Source: Tubiluchus corallicola (Eukaryota; Animalia; Priapulida). Taken from it: 64,000 nt of DNA. Positions within the stretch are counted from its first letter, which is position 1; each line of letters starts with the position of its first letter. The notes below the pieces were generated by a model. It saw nothing but the letters and a program-made list of their open reading frames with translations, was not told the origin of the DNA and did no database searches. The position numbers and the translations under genes are program-made. Where the stretch lies: NCBI GenBank assembly GCA_030141605.1, contig JAQGDQ010000629.1, forward strand, positions 59,773 to 123,772, in the 5' to 3' direction. Of the stretch, positions 52,635 to 64,000 are shown one piece after another.

Positions 52635-54049
52635 TTACGTAACTTTAAGTATGCAAATTCTTTAAATAAACTAGAATAACTATCTTTCGTTTGTCAATAA
52701 AGACGTTCCCTAAGAAACACCACTATTTTGCTATTTATTACATGGTACATATATTTCACATATTTCAATACAGCCGTAATGAGAAAATAGATTTTAAACT
52801 AAATATTACGAAAGCTTGAGGGTCCTAGACTGCAACCTATACAAGCTTATAGGATAATCCAGCGCTGCACTGTAGGTTTCAACTTCCTATTCGTTGTATA
52901 CACATTTTTAAGGTGTAATCCTGTAGATTAAAGCAATGTAACCACTTTAAATTTGGTCATAATTGATCGAATGACTAATTTCTAGATAAACACAGTTAAA
53001 ATTGGAATAATAGAACTTCTGAGCAAACTGTAGAAATTTCTCAACGCATACCTTCATCACAGCTTGCCTTCACAGCATTCACGCTGGACACCAAATTACG
53101 TCATTTTTTTTAAATATACCGGCATCAACGTTTGTTTGGCGGGAGATAAGAAATATTTAAATATCTTTTACATTTTTAAGCAAATCATTCTATGCGTATA
53201 TCTCGTATTGTGATTTCAATATTTTTAATTGTACATTAAAATGCAATAAATGTTGTTCGGGGGTTGGTTCTTCCTTTAAAGCTTCATAACGTTGTTAGCA
53301 ACTTTAAAACATGTCCGTGCAAGTAAAGTGAATCAAAAATTCCACATCAAAACGTAGCCCGACAATAAAATGGCAATCAAAATAATTTGAAAGTGAGTTA
53401 GAGGCGAGAATAACAGTTCCTTTTTCCGGTCGCCCGTTTCGTGCACCCGGTAATTGCTGCCCGGACGACCTAATTGCGCCAGTGAAGCCATAGCTTTGAG
53501 TATAAGTGGGAATCCACTAGCAAGCTGAGAGCATTATCAATAAGCAGCGAAGGATCGTCAGCCCGTAGACTATTCAATTTCGTGCCATGGTAGCAGCTAA
53601 CGAACCAGGGTCAACTCACTTATATATCATTGCAAAATATTAGCTAGCCCATTTGCTGTTTGTGCATTGCATGAGGAAGCCAGACCTACTGCTGACGAGG
53701 GGGGCTTCTTAGCCTTCAATCACTGGTGAAAGTAAAGAGGCATTTTGACTAGGGCACGGAAATGATGCTGTTTCCGTCGTCATTGTTATCAACATTAATA
53801 TCATCATTGTCTACACTGCTGCATTCATCATCACTGTCGTCATCATCATCATCATCATCATCATCATCAGTGTCGTCACCATTGTCGTCGTTGTCATATC
53901 GTTATCACCATCTGCATCATCATCATCATCGTCATTGTTATCAGCATTAATATCACCAAGGTCTACACTGTTGCATTCATCATCATCATCATCATCAGTG
54001 TCATCACCATTGTCGCCATTGTCACTATCGTTATTATCATCTCCATCGT

Positions 54050-54690
54050 CGTCGTCGTCGTCGTCGTCATCAGCGTCGTCCACCATTACAAACCTCGCGA
54101 CACCATACAGTGTCACTGTAACTATAGGTAATTTCTTGTGAACTTTCATGTTGGTTCACAGGGTCGGCCCAAAAAAAATTTCACCAAATTAGTTCGTAAT
54201 GTACATTTGTAAAAGAGACCCGCAACACTATATGGTCCAGTTTCTCCTCTTTCCAAAGAGGTATAAATTTCCACAAGAGCGCCGTACGAAGTTTTTTGTA
54301 CACTTTGTTTCAGCAATAAGAATAAAACAACCATTTGGGGGAGGGAGAGGGGGGGTCAGCGCCATTCGTAGCAGAAATAAAATAGAGGAGACAAAAAACG
54401 TTCAACAGCGCTTCTAGTATCTTGGAGGGAAGTTTTTGGCTCTTTGGAAAGAGGAGAAACTGGGCTGTATGGTGTTGCGGGTCTCTTTTACAAATGTGTC
54501 TACCAGGGTGCAAGATTACGTCATTACGAGTTATCTGGGAGAAGGTTTTCCTCTAGACGACCATGTATGCTTGAACACCAAAATGCGTGTATTCATAGTG
54601 ACATTATATGGTGCCGAGATTCATAATAATGGACGACGATGATGCTGACGATGATGAGTTTAGGGGGAACGTTTTTTTCCGGACTGCCCT
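54050..54690. repeat. Foldback inverted repeat (about 200-bp arms)
   Basis: 54070-54265 is approximately the reverse complement of 54435-54650. Confidence 0.6.
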
Positions 54691-54979
54691 GTACAAGATG
54701 ACTCACGAATAGCTTGTGTACAAATCTATGCTTCATTTGAATTCAGCATGCGCTTTAATTTAAGTAGCTGTTACAGTGAATCTGATGGACAAGGTCACTG
54801 TTTGTAATCACTGTGCAGATCTCCTGCGTTATACACAAATTACATGATCAGATTAGGCACTGCTTCAATCGTAGGGGACAATATTGGAGAGCCTATTATT
54901 AGTATTGATAGAAATGACCTAAAATGCATACCGTATTTGTGGCAACAAGATTGCTAAAAGGAATATAATAAGAGCTGCT

Positions 54980-55545
54980 AATAATTATCATCATCATCGC
55001 CATCGTTGTCGTCGTCATCATCATAATCGTTGGCAAGGTAATGTTCTTTTTTATCATCATCATTATTATCATCATATTCATCATCATCATCATCATCACC
55101 ATCAATATCATCAATATCACAATCATCACCATCATCATCACCATCATCGTTATTATCAACATCACAATCATTGCCATCATCATCAACATCATCACCACCA
55201 TTATTATCACCACAACCACTACCACCACCACCACAACCATGATTATCATCATCGTCATCACCATTGTCAGCATTATTATTATTATCATCGTCATCATCAC
55301 CATCATCATGATCATGCTTACTGTGATCATCATCATCGTCACCATTTTTATAATTGCCATCATCATTGTCATCAGAAGTGTCATCATAGTCGTTATCTTT
55401 GTTGTTGTTGCCATGGTCTGCAGCTTCAACGTTAATTGGAGGATCATCAACATAAGCGCTCACATCATCATCATTTTCTTTTTCTTTTCTTCATTATCAT
55501 AACCATCATCGTCGTCTGCTTCGTTGTCATCATTGTCATCATTAT
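54980..55545. repeat. Degenerate (ATC)n microsatellite; similar tracts at 36545-36700 and 53770-54080
   Basis: Direct reading. Confidence 0.9.
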
Positions 55546-56553
55546 CAACTGCAACAGCAACACTACAATTTTCTACAAAAGTTTGTATGCAATCGTAAAG
55601 CGTCGCTGTCATGCTCATCGTTGCCGTCATAAGCATAATTCGCGTGATGCGTGCACTACGTCACAACTGAACATTTTTGAACTGAGAGATACAGCACCGG
55701 TTTTCCTACTGTTGCAGCAAGATGTAGGCAATAAGAGATGCTTGCCAAATCACAGTGGCAGAATTTTTAAATGCATTTCAACCATCTAACGCATTTCTAA
55801 CTTTATCCCAACTTGCTTGACTAATTCACGTGGATTTATATTTTTCCTCCATTAACTCTTGTAGGCTGCAAGACAGAACCACAAAATTGCGTCCGGTTCC
55901 TTGCCATTCTGATTAACGAGGAAACCGCTTAGGAATTAAGGTTGTGTCCAGACAAACAAGACGACGATATCATTTAGAAATCCGACGTCTGCTTGCCGCA
56001 CGGGACACAAGTCACATAGCCCTAAGGAAGCCTTTTAAACATTCAACAGAAACGTTCTGTTTCCTGCCATTTCCTTATGTTCGTCGACAATTCGGAACAT
56101 AAAGGCAAAAGCAAACAGTTTTAACCGAGCAGACGTGATCTAATTTGTCTAGCTAGTGTCGTTCAGTGTCGACATCAACGACATCAACGACACGCTTAAT
56201 TTGAACTGGCTGCTCGACGCGCGTCTGAAATTGGCAGCTTAACTGTTTTATATTGAAGTAAATTGGCTGACTGACCTGGGACCAGTTACACAACCGTGTG
56301 CAGAATAGAAGCTGCACACGGTAAAGTAAATTAGAGGAAATAGTTTTTCTTTATCTCTCCGTATTCCCTAGGATAGGGGCTTTATTGTTTCAACAAGGGA
56401 AATCTTTGCTCAGTAGTCTAAAACTAAATGCACTGAACGGAGCAAAAGATGTAAACTGGTTTTAAAATGCAAATACAACATTGCTTATAAAAGTTTCAGT
56501 TTTATACAAAAATGCAAAGAAAATGCTCTAACAAAGATTTCCTGATACATTTA

Positions 56554-57163
56554 AAGGAAGACAGGATGATTTTTCATATGCTGCCCCATTTTCAAGTCCG
56601 ATAAAAAGTATACACTTTAACACGATTAATACTGCAAAAGCGTTTCTGATAATTAAATTATAGAATAAAATCTTAATTAACAGCAGGCGAGCCCAAATAT
56701 TGTGACATCACAAACGAACATAATTTTTAACAGCAAAAATATTCCAGGAGCGTGTTGCACGTGTTTGCTGAAACGAAAATTGAAGAACAATGTTACTGTA
56801 AGATATTCAGTGTGTTGTACTGAAACTAGGCGAGTTTTAAGATAAAAATTCAAATTTCAGATTTACCGTTGTACTCACGAATGAGCTGTCGAACGTGTGT
56901 AGTTCGTCACAAACTAACACATCTGAACTGAGAGGTACAACACCTGTTTTTTGTGCAATGCGTTTCCGAAATGCAGACGCTAGTGCCCGTGTAATTAGCG
57001 AATGGTGAAATGTGGCGAGGAACTAGTGGCGCGAACGTGAAATTGTGTTTGTGTGGTAATAATGCTTTCACATAAGTCATTTTTGAAAAAAATAGTTTTC
57101 TTTCAATATTTTAAAGTGTAGATTGTTTTGACCTAAAGTTTAAGAATTGGGTACGGTTTGCTT
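56554..57163 (+). mobile_element. Kolobok-like MITE family C
   Basis: TTAA|AGGAAGACAGGATG ... GGTACGGTTTGCT|TTAA; related pieces at 39299-39727, 51105-51966, 59790-60232 and 60250-60692. Confidence 0.65.
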
Positions 57164-57491
57164 TAATGAATAATAAACGTATGTGTGCGCGCATGCGCGT
57201 CAAAAGGTGCATAAAAATGCATGGGAACTAAACTCATATTGGGTCCGGTTTTGCATAAAGCAATATTTAAAACTGAGCTTACCTAATGCTCATCCAAAAA
57301 TGTCTCAAAATTAGCTATTTAACTTTATGTATAAACTTATAGTTTGTCGATAAATTACGTCATTGGTGGAAGAGTGCTTGTTCAAAATGGGAGCGACTTC
57401 AAAGTTATTTTACTAACTACACGAAGCACTTGTCGCATTTTTATTACTAAATCCTTCTAACATTTTTCACGAACATTGAAATAAGCCCAAC

Positions 57492-58357
57492 CAGGGATGT
57501 TACCGAAACGAAACTGAACAGAAACATTTTTGCAAAGCCAAATAGTATTAAAATTAAAAAAAAAGAAAATTCTAAAATAAGTCAAATATTTCGTTTTTTG
57601 TTTGTTTGCTTTTATTTGCGGTGATGCAAAATTAGTGATAAAAAATTCTAATACAAAAAGGAAAGGAAGTTTTATGGTATCGAACCTCAAGTTTGATGGA
57701 GTGACTTACATTAGAAAATGTGTTACTATGTTTTTGGATTTAAGAATCCTTATTGATTAACGTTTAAAGATCTTAGTGCTTCATTAAAATACAGAAATTT
57801 TATTTTCCAGATATTTTGTTGCCTATATTTCATAAATTATAAAATTGGAAACGATTTTGCTCAAATAATTTCAAACGTGATTTGATATTTTGATTGATTA
57901 TGCCTGGAGATCAAAAAAATTCACAGTCGTCAGCACTGAAGATATGCCGCATTGCCGGTAAAAGCACGTCACAAACTGTTACGTAAACGAAATTTGTTGC
58001 TTTATTTGAACTAATTTAGCCAAGATTTTTCATCAGTTTTTGACATCTAGGAGAAGAGGAAAATTGGATAAATACTATCCAATACAGACCAGACGGTTTA
58101 GTCTAGTGGTAATGCGTCTGCTTTCCGTCTGGGAGGTCGTGAGTTCGAACCAGCGGCCGGGTCATACCAAAGAGTTTAAAAATGGTACCTGCTGTTGCCC
58201 TGCCTGACGCGTGGTATTTAGGGTAAACGTGGGGTAATAATAGTCTCTGTTATGTAGTGGTAGTTTGTTATTTACAGTCAGCGATAATAGCTCTATGAGC
58301 TAACGTTAATTGTCGACCCAAAAGCTGACTTTAAATAATAAAGATTATTACTATTAC

Positions 58358-58453
<96 letters not shown>

Positions 58454-58553
58454 AAGTAAAACCTCTGAAAAATGCTACCAAAAGTCATCAGAAATTTCCG
58501 CTACGAAACTTCGTCCAAACCGAACCGAAAATTTCGTTTCAGCAACATCCGTG
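57492..58553. mobile_element. hAT-like MITE (same family as 18554) interrupted by a tRNA-SINE
   Basis: CAGGGATGTT...AACATCCGTG; 8-bp duplication AGCCCAAC/AGCCTAAC. Confidence 0.7.
58085..58452 (+). mobile_element. tRNA-derived SINE with (ATT)n tail
   Basis: A box TAGTCTAGTGG, B box GAGTTCGAACC, body GGGTCATACCAAAGA.TTTAAAAATGGTACC (resembles, from memory, the Meta-SINE core); copies at 16548-17377, 38615-38790 and 38975-39082. Confidence 0.75.
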
Positions 58554-59029
58554 AGCCTAACTTCGCAGAATGCTTGACCTATCCTTTAAGACAAAAATGT
58601 GAACTTAGATTGAAAATTGCCATATGCATAATTTAGTGCGCGTGTTTTTATGTCCATCGTAAATTACTATCAGTGGAAAAACTAAATAGTGAATTGCGTG
58701 TCGAGAGATTTGAGCATTTTTATTGTTTCTCAAATTTATGACTTGTCGTGAACATCAAGCTATAAACTAGGGAAATAATAAAACCGAGTGACCATCTCAT
58801 GTTAAGGTGTAGAGCCTGTAATAACAGAGAATCGCGTGATGAAGACAAATCATAAACTCGCTGCTTTAGTTCGTTACATGTTTACGTAACAATGTATCAT
58901 TGTAAAACACTGAAGAATAAATGAGCTTTTGGATAATCGAAAATTGTGGGGAGGCGTTGTACGGTGACAAGAAGAGGATAGAGAAAAAGAGAGATGCAGA
59001 AAGAAAAAAGGGAGAGAGAAAAGGAAACA

Positions 59030-59143
<114 letters not shown>

Positions 59144-61339
59144 CGTAAACAATTGTTAGAGAATAACTTTTTTTCAATGCCGGATGTCTTTTTACTGCCT
59201 CCTCACGAAAATCGTGAGGTGTGATACAATCGTTTCAACACCAATGATTCGGCACCTCAATAAATTCAGCAAACCCGAAGGTCTAATGGCACAAAACACA
59301 TCAACGTAGAAGTTTTTTTTAAACTTTTAGCGACAACGTCTCAGATTTTTATAAAAACACAACAGAACTAAGTAAATAGGAATTTTCACCGTTTCGGAGA
59401 TAATGATCAAGCGGTTACCTTTGGGAACCTGTTAAATATACCACTGGCACCATCTACAGAAAACAAATGGAACAAATAGAAGCTATTATGCCTTTGTTTG
59501 TATCTAACCTCGATAAATTAGCATGTTTAGTGTCGCCAGGTGTCACTGTTCCCAACCAGACTTATTATGTCTCACACTTTCCCAATATTGTTACATTAAA
59601 TTTAATGAGTTCACCCAACTGCACCTCACCTCAACATGACTTCATCAGTAATAGAAAATCAATAAACGAATCACGTGCTAGGATACCTTTTACTACTCAC
59701 AGTGACACAACACAACTATGTCTCATACCGTTTTCATTATTATCATGACTTTAAAGTTCCACCAACTGTTGCTATTAAAAACTTACATGCATTTCACCAT
59801 TCTTTGGTTAGACGGGCAATAGCGCCTGTATTTCGCAAATGCATTGCACAAAAACAGGTGCTGTACCTCTCAGTTCAGAAGTGTTAGTTTGTGACGAACT
59901 GCACGCGTTCGACAGCTCATGCATGAGTACAGTGATAATTTGAAATTTGAATTTTCATATTAAAACTTGCCTAGTTTTAGTACAACACACTGAATATCTT
60001 ACAGTAGCACACGTGCAACACGCTCGTGGAATATTTTTGCTGTTGAAAATTACGTTAGTTTGTGATGCCATCAATAGTTGGGTTCGCCCAACGTTAATTA
60101 AGTTTTTAATCTATTACTTAATTATCAGAATCACATTTGCAGTATTAACTGTGTTAAAATGTATACCAGACTTGAAATTTATCACACTTGAAAATGGCGT
60201 AATATATGAAAAATCATCCTGTCTTCCTTTAATTCACGGCAGGTGAGTCTGACTAGTGATGACATCACAACTGAACGTAATTTTCAACAGCACAAACATT
60301 CAATGAGCGTGTTGAACGTGTTTGTGAAAGCGAAGATTGAGGTGCAGTAGTACTTAACAACATTCAGTGTGATGTACAAAAACTCGGCAAATTTTACGTT
60401 TAAAATTTAAATTTCAAGTCTCTCACTGTGCTCACACACGTGCACTACGCCACAACTGAACACAGCATCTGTTTTTGTGCAATGCGCACTCGAGATGCAG
60501 GCACGAGTGCCCATCTAACTAACGAATGGCGAAAAGCAAAGCACTAGCCGCGCGAACGCGAAATTGCGTTTCTGCGCAAATAAATCTTTCACATCGAGTT
60601 ATTCTTGAAAAAAAGACAATATGTTCGCTTTCAATTTTTTACAGGTTAGATTGTTGCAAGCTGTAGTTTAAGATTGGGTGTAGTTTTCCTTTAAATTCAA
60701 CTTGAATAATCTCACAGTTTTATTATCTGAAGAAAAGATTCGAGTATCTCATGAAACGTCATGAAAAGATGCTTTAATCTAGCAAAATTATCCTAAAAGC
60801 CAAACAAACAGTAAAATAAGATCATATTAATCCAAGTAAAAATACATATCAACATACATACACAATAAAAAAAACTGCTACTATGTACAGTAGAAGCCAC
60901 TACATCACACTCATACACAATAAAAAAACTGCTACTATGTACAGTAGAAGTCACTACGTCACACACATACACAGAAAAAAAACTGCTACTATGTACAGTA
61001 GAAGCCACTACGTCACACACATATATAAAATACTAAGTAAAGATTATTTACAGATCAAAAAAAATTGCAAAAATACATCTAGAAAGATGTTAAATTAATA
61101 GATCTTTTCTGTATGCGGCTGATTTATTCATTACTGATAAATTTTAGATAAAAACGGTTTCTCTAGTCTCTACAGACTGAGGGAACGGTAAGACGAATGG
61201 CTCTTCTAGCTCCCATGAAAGGGAAGTTAACTCTCGCAATTAAATTAACAGTCGGCGCAGCTTTCTAAATTTGTAAATCTGTCAATTAGTTCAATAAACG
61301 CGTGCGGAAAGGTCAAGCAGCGTTTTGGAAAGACTTTAA

Positions 61340-62555
61340 ATTGAATTTACGGTAACGTCAAATCTGCGTCCACATGTTTCGTAATTGTTCTTTGAAGTGA
61401 ATTTACAGTAACTTGAAAGCTCCGTTCACATGGTTGGTTATTGTTCTTTGAAGTGAATTTAGGTAACGTCAAAACTGCATTCACATGGTTGGTAATTGTT
61501 CTTTGAATGAATTTATGGTAACGTCAAAACTGCATTCACATGGTTCGTAATTGTTCTTTGAAGTGAATTAACGGTAACGTCAAAACTGCGTTCGCTTCGT
61601 TCGTAATTGTTGTTTGAAGTGAGTTTATATTAACGTCAAAACTGCATTCACATGGCTGGTTATTGTTCTTTGAATGAATTTAGGTAACGTGAAAGCTGCA
61701 TTCGCATGGTTCGTAATTGTTCTTTGAAGTGAATTTAGGTAACGTCAAAACTGCATTCACATGGTTGGTTATTGTTCTTTGAATGAATTTAGGTAACGTG
61801 AAAGCTCTGTTCACATGGTTCGTAATTGTTCTTTGAAGTGAATTAACGGTAACGTCAAAACTGCATTCACATGGCTGGTTATTGTTCTTTGAATGAATTT
61901 AGGTAACGTGAAAGCTCCGTTCACATGGTTCGTAATTGTTCTTTGAAGTGAATTAACGGTAACGTCAAAACTGCATTCACATGGCTGGTTATTGTTCTTT
62001 GAATGAATTTAGGTAACGTGAAAGCTCTGTTCACATGGTTCGTAATTGTTCTTTGAAATGAATTTAGGTAACGTCAAAACTGCATTCACATGGTTGGTAA
62101 TTGTTCTTTGAAGTGAATTAACGGTAACGTCAAAACTGCGTTCACTTCGTTCGTAATTGTTGTTTGAAGTGAGTTTATATTAACGTCAAAATGCATTCAC
62201 ATGGCTGGTTATTGTTCTTTGAATGAATTTAGGTAACGTGAAAGCTGCATTCGCATGGTTCGTAATTGTTCTTTGAAGTGAATTAACCGTAACGTCAAAA
62301 CTGCGTTCACATAGTTGGTAATTGTTCTTTGAAGTGAATTTACGGTAACGTCAAAACTGCGTTCACATGGTTCGTAATTGTTCTTTGAAGTAAATTAACG
62401 GTAACGTCAAAACTGCGTCCTCATGGTTGGTTATTGTTCTTTGAATGAATTTAGGTAACGTCAAAATGCATTCACATGGTTGGTAATTGTTCCTTGAAGT
62501 GAGTTTATAGTAATTTGAAAGCTGCGTTCACATTGTTGGTAATAGTTCTATGAAG
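61340..62555. repeat. 54-56-bp satellite, about 22 copies
   Basis: GAATTTAGGTAACGTCAAAACTGCATTCACATGGTTCGTAATTGTTCTTTGAAGT tandem. Confidence 0.95.
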
Positions 62556-63689
62556 CAAACTTCTAATGCCTGTAAGCACACTTGTCAGGGCAAAGCAGCG
62601 AAAATTGAGAGTAATAATTATTTATTTCATTTTATATCCAATAATAAAATATAATAAAAACAATACAATATATGAAACGTGTTGGGGAAAATGCATATAA
62701 ATACAATATTTACAAGAGTATGGTAAAGACACAAAGAGTGTGAACAACATGCTTGTATGTAATATGAAAAAATAGTATGTTCCCTGTCAATATTTTACAG
62801 GGTAGATTGTTTTGAGCTACAGTTTAAGATGTGTCCTGTTTTCCTTTAAATCCTAGAAGTAAACTTTCGTTAGTAACAGAACTCCTCTAAGCAATTTAAT
62901 TATGATATAGGTTGGGCACTCACACAAAACTCGTCCTCGCGTTGTGTGCCAGGTGACTCGGTTGGAGTAAGTGGTTGGGGTTAGTCATATAAAAGTTCTA
63001 GTATATTAATAATGTAATCCATGCATCATTAATCTTTTTTTCAACTTGGTTACAAATTACAAACGTGAAACGTCAGAACGCTTATCCCAACTTCCGTTGC
63101 CCCGGCAACGATCAATTATCCATACTACAGATTGTTTGCTCTTTCTAGCAAGCATAACACTTCAGCTTATACTTCTTAACACTTTTAACTTAATGATGAA
63201 ATTGAATGAATGATGAATCACGTTTGTATTTAGTGTGATTTCAGCGAAGAGATTGCTGTGAATATGAAATTTGAATAGGAACTCGTTCATATAAGGCTTG
63301 AGTTACAGTACTAATGGAAGTATTTTCTGCAAGACAACTAAACAAGCTTGAACTCTAGTTGTTACAAAAAAAGCAGTGGTCCCACACAGTGTAATGGACT
63401 TGTCTAATGATTGTCCCAGAAAACAGTGGTCCCACACAGTGTAATGGACTTGTCTAATGATTGTCCCAGAAAGCAGTGGTCCCACACAAAGCAGTGGCCT
63501 CAAACAGAGTTGTGGACGCACACATACGAATGGTCCCAAACAAGGTAGTGGACTCAAGTCTAGTGATCGTCCCAGAAAACAGTGGCCTCAAACAGAGTAG
63601 TGGACCCAGCCATACGAATGGTCCAAGTAAGTGAGATAATAGTACCGTAGAATAGGTTGATGGTTGTCTAGCCAGTAGAATAGAATTTT

Positions 63690-63949
63690 TACTGTTGTTG
63701 CTGTTACTACTACTGCTACTGCTGCAGTTGCTGCTGCTGCTACCGCTACTACTGCTACTGCTCTTACTGCTGTTATTACTGCTGCTGCTACTACTGCTAC
63801 TGGTGTTACTCTACTGCTACTGCTACTGGTGTTACTACTGCTGCTGCTGCTACTGCTGTTACGACTGCTACTACTTCTGCTGCTGTTACTACTACTGCTA
63901 CTACTACTACTACTGTTGCTACAACTGTTACTACTACTGCTGCAGCTGT

Positions 63950-63997
<48 letters not shown>

Positions 63998-64000
63998 TGC
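63690..64000. repeat. (CTA/CTG)n microsatellite, preceded by a 50-bp tandem at 63372-63625
   Basis: Direct reading. Confidence 0.9.

Overview
Eukaryotic (invertebrate metazoan, probably protostome) genomic DNA, AT-rich and dense in repeats. Two intron-containing genes lie head-to-head. (1) Minus strand, about 9.2-31.7 kb: a complete class I phosphatidylinositol transfer protein gene (PITP alpha/beta, Drosophila vibrator-like). I rebuilt 8 constant coding exons (257 codons) with consistent GT-AG phases. It has four candidate alternative C-terminal exons: a 210/213-bp tandem triplication at 11.2-11.7 kb and a separate short exon at 9161-9202. (2) Plus strand, from about 35.5/37.5 kb (candidate non-coding first exons) through coding exons at 45025-45151 and 45952-47363: an UNC-93-family MFS-type membrane protein with an N-terminal tail rich in R[RK]xS motifs; I did not find its 3' exons in the window. 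The rest is intronic or intergenic: Kolobok-, hAT- and Tc1/mariner-like MITEs, tRNA-derived and 5S-derived SINEs, RTE/CR1 LINE relics, a Penelope-like inverted repeat with a hammerhead-like core, and many micro- and minisatellites. The most notable observations are the PITP C-terminal exon array, a mirror-ordered set of inverted duplications around the UNC-93 exons, and a 5S-headed RTE-type SINE inside a four-level nested insertion.
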